Shown: positions 9,781 to 18,700 of the stretch, one piece after another | How the letters are laid out: every line of letters starts with the position of its first letter | Numbering within the stretch: the stretch's first letter is position 1 | DNA from: an uncultured bacterium | GTDB taxonomy: Bacteria; Patescibacteriota; Microgenomatia; Levybacterales; UBA12049 | Length of the DNA: 64,000 nucleotides | Direction: 5' to 3' | NCBI GenBank assembly: GCA_963826535.1 | Contig: CAWGXL010000011.1 | Location: 803,521 to 867,520 of the forward strand | Translations under genes and position numbers: made by a program | Notes under the pieces: model-generated | Database searches by the model: none | Told to the model about the DNA's origin: nothing | What the model saw: the letters and a program-made list of their open reading frames with translations, nothing else

Positions 9781-10611
9781 ATGAGCAAACAGTGGTTGGT
9801 GGGGGTTGTGATAATTATTATAGTTGTCGGTGTGGGGTATGTTCTGCTTCAAAATCAATCCAGTACTGTAGATCAGCCAAAAGAGACTGCTGATCCTCAA
9901 GTTACAAATGCGGCTGCGCTGGATGAGGGTGGAGATATTGCAGTGACTACGGAAGATGTGGGGTATTTTGAAAACAGCAAAGGGTTTTATGCTAGGCCGA
10001 CGGAAGAGGGAGATTATCCGGGTGTGGTCATGATTCATGAAAATCGTGGGTTGAGGCCGGAAATCAAGCAAACCGCCGAGCAGCTTGCGCGACAGGGTTA
10101 TTTGGTGCTGGCGGTAGATCTTTATAAAGGAAAAGTTGCGGAAGAACAGACTGAAGCCAGGGCGTTAACAACTAATTTTAAGCAGGAAACTGGAGTTGAG
10201 AATATGCGTGCCGCAGCAGCATATTTGCGCGCGCAGGGAGCTGATAAGTTAGCTTCCCTTGGATGGTGTTTTGGCGGAAGACAGTCTGTAGAGCTTGCAA
10301 TTTCGGGGGAACCACTTGATGCGACTGTGGTGTATTATGGTGGTAATATGGCGACGACTACAGACAGATTAGCTCCTATAAAGTGGCCAGTCCTTGGTAT
10401 TTTCGGTGATCAGGATCAGGCTATCCCGGTTACTACTGTGCGCGAGTTTGAGTCATCGCTCAACACACTTGGCGTTGAAAACGAAATTTATATATACCCT
10501 GGTGTGGGGCATGCGTTTGCGAATCCGTCGGGGCAAAATTATGCGCCGGCGGAAACAAAAGATGCATGGGGTAAAACCATCACATTTCTAGAAAAGCATT
10601 TGAAGAGTTAA
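9781..10611 (+). CDS. Dienelactone hydrolase family protein
   Basis: N-terminal TM anchor then DLH fold (PGVVMIHENRGL...GYLVLAVDLY...GWCFGGRQS...GVGHAF). Confidence 0.7.
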   Translation: MSKQWLVGVVIIIIVVGVGYVLLQNQSSTVDQPKETADPQVTNAAALDEGGDIAVTTEDVGYFENSKGFYARPTEEGDYPGVVMIHENRGLRPEIKQTAEQLARQGYLVLAVDLYKGKVAEEQTEARALTTNFKQETGVENMRAAAAYLRAQGADKLASLGWCFGGRQSVELAISGEPLDATVVYYGGNMATTTDRLAPIKWPVLGIFGDQDQAIPVTTVREFESSLNTLGVENEIYIYPGVGHAFANPSGQNYAPAETKDAWGKTITFLEKHLKS

Positions 10612-10624
10612 TATTAATATGGTC

Positions 10625-11377
10625 CTAAAAAATGATAGTATTGAGAGAAATTTTTTCTGCAAGATCAGGATGTGCCTGGCATATGGACTCCCTTAAAAAA
10701 GATTGGAATGTCATGGGGAATATCCCACTCCCGTTATAGCTTTGTTCTGTTATGTGTATTCTCTTGTTGGAATGTTGTTCTCGATACTTTCTTGTCATTA
10801 GTCTGCCTTTTTCGCTTTTAAGCGCATCAACGCCTGACGCAAAAATTGCATGCAGTTTAGGTTGAAGCCCATGTATTCTAACAATTTGATTTAATACTTC
10901 TCCGAGTTCTTCAAATTCTTCAGTGGGGTAAATATGCGAGTGGTTTAGATATCCATATTTATCTATGTGGACATCTATTTTTTTCTGAGGGATAATTGTG
11001 GCAAAGGCTATCATTTGATAAAGGGCAAATCCTCTTGTCTTATTCCAATGTTCATGCAATGTTTCATCAGAAATGTTAAATATCCCTGTCGCTGTACTTC
11101 TACTTGGTATGTCGAAAGCGGCATGTGTACGATCCATTGCAGTTTTGATATGTGAAAGTTGGCCGATGTTCAATTCGGAAAGAGCAAATTCTTTTGCGTC
11201 AAAATCCGGATCCCTGGTGAGGGCTTCAGCGGTGAGAAATGTTTTAGCACCAAAAGTTAGCGGGATAAGAGAATTTGCTTCTAAGTCAGCACGAAACCAG
11301 GTGTCTTTTACTACTGGTCTAGGATTTTCGATTTTTGCTCCTCGTGGAGGATTTTCGATTTCTAGCAATTGTTTCAT
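10625..11377 (-). CDS. Hypothetical protein
   Basis: 250 aa ORF with good coding look; N-terminus has duplicated IENP(P)RGAK motif matching a 22-bp DNA direct repeat at 11300-11370; no confident family assignment. Confidence 0.45.
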   Translation of the reverse strand: MKQLLEIENPPRGAKIENPRPVVKDTWFRADLEANSLIPLTFGAKTFLTAEALTRDPDFDAKEFALSELNIGQLSHIKTAMDRTHAAFDIPSRSTATGIFNISDETLHEHWNKTRGFALYQMIAFATIIPQKKIDVHIDKYGYLNHSHIYPTEEFEELGEVLNQIVRIHGLQPKLHAIFASGVDALKSEKGRLMTRKYREQHSNKRIHITEQSYNGSGIFPMTFQSFLRESICQAHPDLAEKISLNTIIF

Positions 11378-11459
11378 AGTCTTTATGTTTCAATCGCGCT
11401 TGTTATCTGCTCGCTTTCAGAATTCTTCTCAACTCTCCTTTCTTTGGTGTCTATCCCGC

Positions 11460-12635
11460 AATTATAACATAGGTTGTGTTGCCAGGTTTTTAGTGTTGTT
11501 TGTATAAGTTACGAAACATTTTAGACATTTCGTAACTATGGATCATTACGCAAAAGCATACCCAATCTTTAGTAGAATCAAAGGCATTGAGGAGGTGAAA
11601 GAGATGCTCAAAAGCCTTAAACGGTTCTCTAGGGATGAAGTCGCACAAGAACGATTACGCATCATTGAGTTTTATGACGAGTATGGAGAGCGTGCAACGA
11701 AAAAAGCTTTTCGAGTTGGAAGGAATACCCTTTGGGTTTGGAAGCAACGATTAAAAAACAATAAAAACAAACTATCGTCACTTATTCCTGATTCCACAAC
11801 GCCTAAATCCAAAAGACAAATGCAAACTCATCCAAAAGTACTTTCATATATCCGTTACTTGCGGGAGAAACATCCCCGTCTGGGAAAGGAAAAGATAAAA
11901 CCACTTTTAGATCAATATTGCAAGAAAGAAGAGCTAGTAGCAATAGGAGAATCAACTATCGGAAAGGTCATTAAAAGAAATAATTTCTATTTCCAAAAGA
12001 GTGGCAAGATCTATCATAATCCTTCACATAAATTTGCTAAGGCAAAAAGAAAGAAGCGGGACAGGATCAAGAAGCCGCCAAGACCGCAGTCTTTTGGCTA
12101 TATTGAAATGGATACAGTCATTAAATTTGTTGATGGAATAAAAGTATATTTTTTAACAGCCATAGATGTGAAGCTTAAATTTGCATTCAGCCTGCCCTAT
12201 GGCAAACTCAATAGCCGTAATACTGTTGATTTCTTCAAGAAGCTCCATTCAGTATATCCAATAACAATTATCACTGTGCAAACAGACAATGGCTTAGAGT
12301 TTCTTGGAGAATTTGAAGAATACCTTGAAAAACAAAATATACCACATGTTTTTATATATCCCAGATGCTGCAAAATCAACGGCACTATTGAACGGTTCAA
12401 TAGAACCATCCAAGAAGACTTTATTGATGAAAACTTACATATTATTGCAGACCGAAAACTATTCTCTTCCAAATTAATCGAATATTTGTTATTCTACAAT
12501 ACAGAGCGACCACATAAATCCTTGGGATTACAATCCCCATTGGGATATTTATTAAAACATGGAGGTATGTCTAAAAACTCCGTAACTTATACATTGTTTT
12601 GAATTAATAATTCTTTCTGTTATAATTCCCAATAA
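11460..12635 (+). mobile_element. IS481-family insertion sequence (single transposase ORF)
   Basis: DDE integrase-core transposase ORF flanked by imperfect inverted repeats: aattataacatagg at about 11463 and its complement ctgttataatt at about 12621. Confidence 0.55.
11538..12602 (+). CDS. IS481-family DDE transposase (rve integrase core)
   Basis: N-terminal HTH region, then DTV...TDNGLEF...YPRCCKINGTIERFNRTI...YNTERPHKSLG (rve-domain catalytic residues). Confidence 0.8.
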   Translation: MDHYAKAYPIFSRIKGIEEVKEMLKSLKRFSRDEVAQERLRIIEFYDEYGERATKKAFRVGRNTLWVWKQRLKNNKNKLSSLIPDSTTPKSKRQMQTHPKVLSYIRYLREKHPRLGKEKIKPLLDQYCKKEELVAIGESTIGKVIKRNNFYFQKSGKIYHNPSHKFAKAKRKKRDRIKKPPRPQSFGYIEMDTVIKFVDGIKVYFLTAIDVKLKFAFSLPYGKLNSRNTVDFFKKLHSVYPITIITVQTDNGLEFLGEFEEYLEKQNIPHVFIYPRCCKINGTIERFNRTIQEDFIDENLHIIADRKLFSSKLIEYLLFYNTERPHKSLGLQSPLGYLLKHGGMSKNSVTYTLF

Positions 12636-12662
12636 AGTAAATAGATTACTTGTTACCAACGA

Positions 12663-14253
12663 ATGTCAGTAGAATATATCAGTACCCGAGGAGGGGGTGA
12701 GAGGTGCCAATTTACCGAAACTCTTTTGAAAAGTACCGCTGGTGATGGCGGGTTATATGTGCCGGAAACTTTTCCACGGTTTTCTCCCGAAGATTTACAA
12801 AGTCTTACACCTTTTACTTATAGCGAGCGGGCAGCAATTATTATTAGTCGTTTACAGCCTAATTTGGACAAGGGGGCAATACTTGCGGATACGCGACTCG
12901 CATATGGCAATAATTTTGATCATCCAAGCATTGCACCGGTTGTTCAATTGAATTCCAATCCAAATAATTCTCTAAGTTACCTTCAGTATATTCAGGAATT
13001 GCATCACGGACCAACTTCGGCGTTTAAAGATATGGGGCTGCAATTGAAGCCCCGATTATTTTCTCGTGCAGTAGAACAAGTTAATTTAAGAAGAGACAGT
13101 GAAGGGAGGGCACCTCTACATTATCTAATTTTGGTGGCGACTTCGGGCGATACAGGGAAAGCAGCGCTTGAGGGGTATAGAGATATTCCAGGGTGTTCGG
13201 TTATAGTCTATTTTCCTGATAATGGTGTGTGGGATACAAAAATTATCAATGACTACTCAAGAAGGTGGAAATGTTTCGGTTCATCCAATGAGTGGGAATT
13301 TTGATCAAATACAAAAACGTGTGAAAGAAATGTTTAAAGATAAAAAAGCAGAATCGGAGTTAAAAGATAGAAACGTAGTATTGTCATCGGCAAATTCGAT
13401 TAATTGGGGAAGAATTGCTCCTCAAGTAGTGTATCACATAAACGCGTATGTAGAGCTTATGCGTCAAGGTGCGGTTCGTCCAGGGGATATGATTGATATT
13501 GCTGTGCCAACAGGTAATTTTGGTAATGCACTTGCAGCTTTTTATGCAAAGCAGATGGGGCTGCCGGTGGACAAGTTTATTTGTGCGACAAACGAAAATA
13601 ACGTTGTGACTCAATTTCTCAAAACCGGTGTCTATGACTTGAGAAATCGAGAGATTGTACCAACCCATTCTCCATCAATGGATATTTTAGTTGCTAGTAA
13701 TATTGAAAGGTTACTATATTCACTTACCGGTGATCCACAAAAGATAAGTAAGTGGATGCAAGAACTTGAGGCAAGCAATTATTTTGCTGTAGATCCTGAA
13801 ACAGCAGCCAGGCTCAAGGAAGAATTTTATACTGGATCAGTAAACAATAATAAAAGTTTAACAAATATCAAACGCGTCGTCGAAAAGACCGGGTATTTAA
13901 TGGATACACATTCTTCTGTTGCGCAAGCAGTTGCAGAAGAATATTTAGAAGTGACCGGATCTAATAAACCGGTTGTTGTTGCATGTACCGCACATTGGGC
14001 AAAGTTTGGCCCAAATGTACAGCGCGCTTTGACCGGGCGGCCGGGATTGTCAAAAGATGAAGCTCGCGCAGTTAATTTGGAAGATGAATTTGGGGCGATA
14101 GAATCGGTGATAGGAATGGTTCCCGGTGCATCTGTGCCAATAAATATTTTGGAGCTTGCACGAAAACCAGAGATACATCAAACTGTATTTGATACCACTT
14201 TGGCTGGTGTTAAAGAATCTGTGGATGTATACTTAAAGAGAAAAAAATTATGA
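12663..14253 (+). pseudogene. thrC: Threonine synthase (ThrC, long form with Thr_synth_N) interrupted by a frameshift near 13225
   Basis: ORF 12663..13304 (MSVEYISTRG...AFKDMG PLP-lysine motif...IVYFPDNGV) and ORF 13222..14253 (...IQKLSMTTQEGGNVSVHPMSGNFDQIQ...) are consecutive ThrC segments in frames 0 and +1. The shift falls inside the run ggtgtgtggg. Confidence 0.7.
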
Positions 14254-14283
14254 GAGGTTATTTAAGTTAGGGTTTTGCCGGAG

Positions 14284-14730
14284 TTATTTTTCTGATAGTT
14301 CTTTTAGTTTTTGTAGGGCTTTAGGCCATGTTTTTTGAAAGTAGGGTTTGAATTCGTCGTTTGATTCCATATCCACAGACAATTCAGTCTGATCACCTTG
14401 AGTTTTAAAAGAATAGTTTTCAAACCCAACCCAATTTTTGGCTTCCTTGCTTGTAGTATCTTCAACTCCGTTACTGACGACTCCTAGATGTTTTATGGAG
14501 ATGAAGTCATTTGGTGTGCTTTCCGCGATGGTGCTTACCATGCCACCTTCTTTACCTTTTTCATCAGGACCGAGAAATAGTATTTTACTACCCTTTTCCC
14601 AGTTTCCAACATAATATGATCCCGGCATAAATATTGCAGACCATTCACGATAGGACTTGTCATCAAACATTGTGTCCCAAACCTTTTCTTTAGGGGCGTT
14701 GATTTTTATTGAAAAATGTACTTTTTGCAT
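14284..14730 (-). CDS. SRPBCC / AHSA1-like (activator of Hsp90 ATPase homologue) family protein
   Basis: 148 aa; KEKVWDTMFDD..YREW pattern of AHSA1/START-like fold proteins. Confidence 0.55.
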   Translation of the reverse strand: MQKVHFSIKINAPKEKVWDTMFDDKSYREWSAIFMPGSYYVGNWEKGSKILFLGPDEKGKEGGMVSTIAESTPNDFISIKHLGVVSNGVEDTTSKEAKNWVGFENYSFKTQGDQTELSVDMESNDEFKPYFQKTWPKALQKLKELSEK

Positions 14731-14808
14731 GTGTGCTAATTATAACATTTGCTGGCAAATCTGAAAATGTGGTTGACTTTTGGAGTGTTATAAGATTTAA
14801 TATGGTTT

Positions 14809-15342
14809 ATGGAAGAGAAGAGTAAAGCTGCTGATACTGCTGCTCAGAGTAGTAAAGGCGGCATAGGTTGTTTTGGGACATTTCTCATTGGTCTTATTGT
14901 TTTACTGGCTTTGGGATTTGGCGGTAATGCAGCGATAGGTTTTTATTTTGAGGAGTGTGACGGTGATGAAGATATTATTGAATGTATAATGAGTTTGGGT
15001 GAGGACGAGCCGGAGCCTGAAGGAGCGGTTGTTGCAACAGGGACGTACAGCTATAAGGATTATTCTGTTGAGGTAACAGCTAATATTCCAATGGAAGGAG
15101 GAGCGGTGACAGGTTCTATAACGGGCGCATGTGATGGGAAGGTGAAAGGAAAATTCGATGGACAAAATAATGGAGTTATAAGTGGTAAGATAACCGGAAC
15201 TTGCGATCCTTTTGTCGTTAAAGTTCCGGCTAGCGCAGATTTTAGCGGGACAGTAAATAAAGATAATAAAAATGTGCCGATTCGTTTTACAGGTCGCGGT
15301 CCAGGATTTACACACGAGGGCTCAATGTCACTATCTTATTAG
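14809..15342 (+). CDS. Hypothetical membrane-anchored Gly-rich protein
   Basis: N-terminal TM helix (GTFLIGLIVLLALGF), acidic linker, repetitive GxITGxCDGKV segments. Confidence 0.4.
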   Translation: MEEKSKAADTAAQSSKGGIGCFGTFLIGLIVLLALGFGGNAAIGFYFEECDGDEDIIECIMSLGEDEPEPEGAVVATGTYSYKDYSVEVTANIPMEGGAVTGSITGACDGKVKGKFDGQNNGVISGKITGTCDPFVVKVPASADFSGTVNKDNKNVPIRFTGRGPGFTHEGSMSLSY

Positions 15343-15404
15343 TGTGTATTAAGATAAATCAACTTTAATGAATAATAGCTTCTAATGAAAGGGGGTGGAA
15401 ATTT

Positions 15405-15833
15405 ATGAAAATGAATCCAGTTGTACATTTTGAAATGCCGTATAAAGACCGAAAGCGTATGGCCGATTTCTATGCTAAATCTTTTGGTTGGAAGCCACAA
15501 ATGCTTGGTTCTGAAATGGGAAACTATGTGGTAGTTTCTACTTCCGAGATGGATGCGAAGACGCAATTTCCTAAAAAACCCGGAATGATCAATGGAGGTT
15601 TTTATAAGAGGACGAAGAAATCGCAATATCCTTCGGTGGTAATCGCAGTTGATGACATTCGGGTTGCGATGAAACAAGTAAAAAAAACAGGTGGTAAAGT
15701 ACTTGGCGGCCAGAAGCCCGGAGAGCCGGACGATATTCCCGGCATTGGATTGTATGTGGCATTTGTGGATACTGAAGGCAATCGAGTCGGTATGTTGCAG
15801 CCATCGCCAATGATGAAAGCGGGGTCTAAATAA
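15405..15833 (+). CDS. VOC (glyoxalase/bleomycin-resistance) family protein
   Basis: 142 aa; VHFEMPYKDRKRMADFYAKSFGW...GLYVAFVDTEGNRVGM typical of VOC fold. Confidence 0.6.
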   Translation: MKMNPVVHFEMPYKDRKRMADFYAKSFGWKPQMLGSEMGNYVVVSTSEMDAKTQFPKKPGMINGGFYKRTKKSQYPSVVIAVDDIRVAMKQVKKTGGKVLGGQKPGEPDDIPGIGLYVAFVDTEGNRVGMLQPSPMMKAGSK

Positions 15834-15883
15834 AAATAGTTTTGCACTGCTTGCTAGATTCTTTTTGGGCAATCTGGTAAAAT

Positions 15884-16123
15884 ATGTTTATGAAAAAGCA
15901 GATTAATCAAGATATTGTTGTTGATCCAAAAGTCCGATTCGGTAAGCCTGTTATTGCTGGTACCCGAGTGCCGGTTGAATTGATAGTTGGTAAAATTGCG
16001 GGAGGCATGACATTTGAAGAAGTTGCGAAAGAGTATGATCTAACAAATAAACAAATTCGGGCAGCGCTTCGATATGCGGCGGACGTTATTGCATCAGAAG
16101 GAGTCATTAGTATAGTAAACTGA
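15884..16123 (+). CDS. DUF433 domain protein (antitoxin-like)
   Basis: 79 aa; PVIAGTRVPVELIVGKIAGGMTFEEVAKEY matches the DUF433/COG2442 core. Confidence 0.55.
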   Translation: MFMKKQINQDIVVDPKVRFGKPVIAGTRVPVELIVGKIAGGMTFEEVAKEYDLTNKQIRAALRYAADVIASEGVISIVN

Positions 16124-16127
16124 AGAT

Positions 16128-16304
16128 ATGGGGAAAAGAGATAAAACAAAATTAGTAAAAGCATATACAAAATACCGCACAGCAAAGAAAAAACGTAATG
16201 TGTTGGAGGTTTTTCGTTCTTTTATGCCGGAGATAATTTTTCGTACTACAAAGCTTGAAGGGGAGTCGGTTACTCGTAAAATGATTTCCTCATTATTCAA
16301 GTAA
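16128..16304 (+). CDS. Small protein carrying a Fic inhibitory-helix motif (VbhA-like antitoxin candidate)
   Basis: 58 aa (MGKRDKTKLVKAYTKYRTAKKKRNVLEVFRSFMPEIIFRTTKLEGESVTRKMISSLFK). Contains [ST]xxxE[GN] (TTKLEG); ends 3 nt before the Fic gene in a different frame; below the ORF-track length cut-off. Confidence 0.4.
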   Translation: MGKRDKTKLVKAYTKYRTAKKKRNVLEVFRSFMPEIIFRTTKLEGESVTRKMISSLFK

Positions 16305-16307
16305 TAC

Positions 16308-16934
16308 ATGTACAATTCATCCACAAGACCTAAAAGCGCAACTTCATATAAGGAAACAGTATTTGGTATTATTCCACGATCAAAATTGCTAATACTTGAA
16401 ATTGAGGGAACGAAAAAAGGGCTTGAATATATAGGTGAATTGGTTAAAGAAGATAAAAATACTCCGATTACACCTGAACTGATTTGTAAATTGCATAATG
16501 TTTCCTTTGGTTGGATTTTTCCCGATTGGGCAGGGCAGTATAGGAAAATACAAGTTACATTTTCTGATAAAGAAGCTCCGCAATATTTTCAAGTATCTGA
16601 GCTTGTGACAAATCTGTGCGCAGACATAGCGGAGCGAATAAAACATTTGCCTGCTAAAGAAAAAGAGGAATATATTATTGATGTTGTTATGCTGCTTGCA
16701 TGGTTTCAGCATCGGTTTGTATTCATTCATCCATTTCAGGACTATAACGGACGAACGGCCCGGATGTTGACTATTCATATTTTGTTAAAACTCAATTTGC
16801 CGCCAATCGAGCTAAAAGCTGAAACTGAGGCAGACAGAGAACAATATCTTACTGCAATGCAAAAAGCTGATAAAGGGGATTTTGCTCTTTTAGAACAGTT
16901 GATAAGTACTGCACTTTCGGAGGCTTTGCAATAA
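16308..16934 (+). CDS. Fic family protein (AMPylation / filamentation induced by cAMP)
   Basis: Canonical Fic motif HPFQDYNGRTARML (HPFx[DE]GNGRxxR). Confidence 0.8.
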   Translation: MYNSSTRPKSATSYKETVFGIIPRSKLLILEIEGTKKGLEYIGELVKEDKNTPITPELICKLHNVSFGWIFPDWAGQYRKIQVTFSDKEAPQYFQVSELVTNLCADIAERIKHLPAKEKEEYIIDVVMLLAWFQHRFVFIHPFQDYNGRTARMLTIHILLKLNLPPIELKAETEADREQYLTAMQKADKGDFALLEQLISTALSEALQ

Positions 16935-16939
16935 CAAAT

Positions 16940-18172
16940 TTATTTCTTTGCGGTTATTGCGAGAATTGAAGGTTGATTGTTGTAAGATTTCCAATATTCA
17001 TTGCCATATTTTTTTATCCCTTCCTCTGAAACATTAGGTTCGGTAAAATCGACTGATGAAAATCCGGCTTGTAAAAGTGTTTTTGAGAGAGTTTCTTTTC
17101 CCCATCTAAAATTATAGAAGTGAAGGACCTCTTTAAAATTATTAAATAAAGATTGATAAATGGATATTCTGCGCGGTGCACCATCGGAATCCGGGATAAC
17201 GCCTTCATCAAAGCTTATACCAACTCCATATTTGGGGTCGGTAGGTACATGAATGTTTGGATGATCAAGTAGCGCGAAAAATACCGCGTTTTTCGAGAGT
17301 AGTTTGTATATATTTTGTGTGACAATTGTTAGTTCATCAATATTCATTGCGTGGTCAAGGAGAAATGCACCCAAAACAACGTCTGTATTGCCAATCAAAT
17401 TTGAGGGAATAGTCGAAAGAAAATCTTTGGAGTATGGATCGAGATTGAAAAACTCAATACCCATAGGATTTTGTAATTCTTCCATGCGGGCGATCTGAGT
17501 TTGTTTGTAGGAAATGTCAAAACTTGCTACTTTTGCGACCCCAATTTTTTTTGCCAGACGGGCACGATATCCACTACCGCCGTGAAGAACTATTGTATAA
17601 TCTTCTTTTGCGTGTTTTTTCAATGCGCTTATAACTGCAGGATCATAGATGTAAATTTGCGCCGGTGTTTGTTCGACTAATTTATATTCTATGGCTATTG
17701 GATCGTATTGCATTCTATTAATATCTCGAAAACGCAGTTTTCCCGAGAAATCTTCTTTAATTTTTTGAAATGTTTCTTCAAATGTGTCAAATATATAGTC
17801 GCAGTAGAAACGAACCCATGGATGTTTTTTTCTTGCCTTGTCCGGGATCACAGCGTAAGTTTTTTTATCAAAAAGTTCTTTTGCTATGGTAAGTTCGCAA
17901 GCGGCTCCTAATGAGATTTGAGAAAGATCAATGACAAATGCGTCAGCATCTTTAATAAAGTTTTTGTCTTTAGCCAGAATGAAGGATGGGTTGTAGTCCG
18001 GATTTTCAAAATCTTCTTTACCTTCATAGCCGATAAACTGTTCAACAATTTCCAAATTAAATGTATTTGCAAGGGCGTGTAAACTTTCACGTTCTTTTAT
18101 AACCTGCTCCCAAGTTTTTCCGGTGAAGGCTGCAGAAACAAATATTTTTGGAATTTGTAATGATTTTGACAT
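16940..18172 (-). CDS. Fusion: nucleoside 2-deoxyribosyltransferase-like (SLOG-fold) N-domain + class I SAM-dependent methyltransferase
   Basis: N-terminus PKIFVSAAFTG...DADAFVIDLSQISLGAACELTIAKELFDKKTYAV resembles NDT/LOG-like Rossmannoid proteins; C-terminal half has MTase motif I VLHGGSGYRARLA. Confidence 0.45.
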   Translation of the reverse strand: MSKSLQIPKIFVSAAFTGKTWEQVIKERESLHALANTFNLEIVEQFIGYEGKEDFENPDYNPSFILAKDKNFIKDADAFVIDLSQISLGAACELTIAKELFDKKTYAVIPDKARKKHPWVRFYCDYIFDTFEETFQKIKEDFSGKLRFRDINRMQYDPIAIEYKLVEQTPAQIYIYDPAVISALKKHAKEDYTIVLHGGSGYRARLAKKIGVAKVASFDISYKQTQIARMEELQNPMGIEFFNLDPYSKDFLSTIPSNLIGNTDVVLGAFLLDHAMNIDELTIVTQNIYKLLSKNAVFFALLDHPNIHVPTDPKYGVGISFDEGVIPDSDGAPRRISIYQSLFNNFKEVLHFYNFRWGKETLSKTLLQAGFSSVDFTEPNVSEEGIKKYGNEYWKSYNNQPSILAITAKK

Positions 18173-18295
18173 TTATTAAAATTATTTAAAATAGTTTATC
18201 ATAACCAATAAAGTTTTGCCTTGTGGTAAATTCATTGCCGGCTAAAATTTGAAGATTTGGTATAATAATATAGAATTCTTTTTAAGAACAAAAGC

Positions 18296-18673
18296 ATGAA
18301 TCCAAATAAGGAAAAACCAAAAAATATTAGCGAATATATAAATGCTGCGCCCGAAGAGGCTCAGGATAAACTGCGTGAAATGCTTGCCAGTCTACGTAAA
18401 GCGGCTCCTGGAGCCGAGGAAAGTTTGAAATGGGGACAACCGGCTTTATCTTACGAATGGATACTGTTCCAGTTTGCCGCTTTCAAGCATCATATAAGTT
18501 TATATCCAACACCGTCAGCAGTGAAAGCCTTTGCAAAAGATCTTTCGGGCTTTAAAACATCCAGCAGTACAATTCAGTTTCCATTGGATAAACCGCTGCA
18601 GTTATCTCTAATTCGCAAGATTGCTCTTTTTCGAGTTCGGGAAAGTGAGGAGAAAGGTGTGAAGTGGATGTGA
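18296..18673 (+). CDS. DUF1801 domain protein (second copy in window)
   Basis: 125 aa; same architecture as 4025..4441 (ISEYINAAPEEAQDKLREML...ISLYP). Confidence 0.5.
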   Translation: MNPNKEKPKNISEYINAAPEEAQDKLREMLASLRKAAPGAEESLKWGQPALSYEWILFQFAAFKHHISLYPTPSAVKAFAKDLSGFKTSSSTIQFPLDKPLQLSLIRKIALFRVRESEEKGVKWM

Positions 18674-18700
18674 CGAATTAGGGGGCACTTTGCTTGTTGA

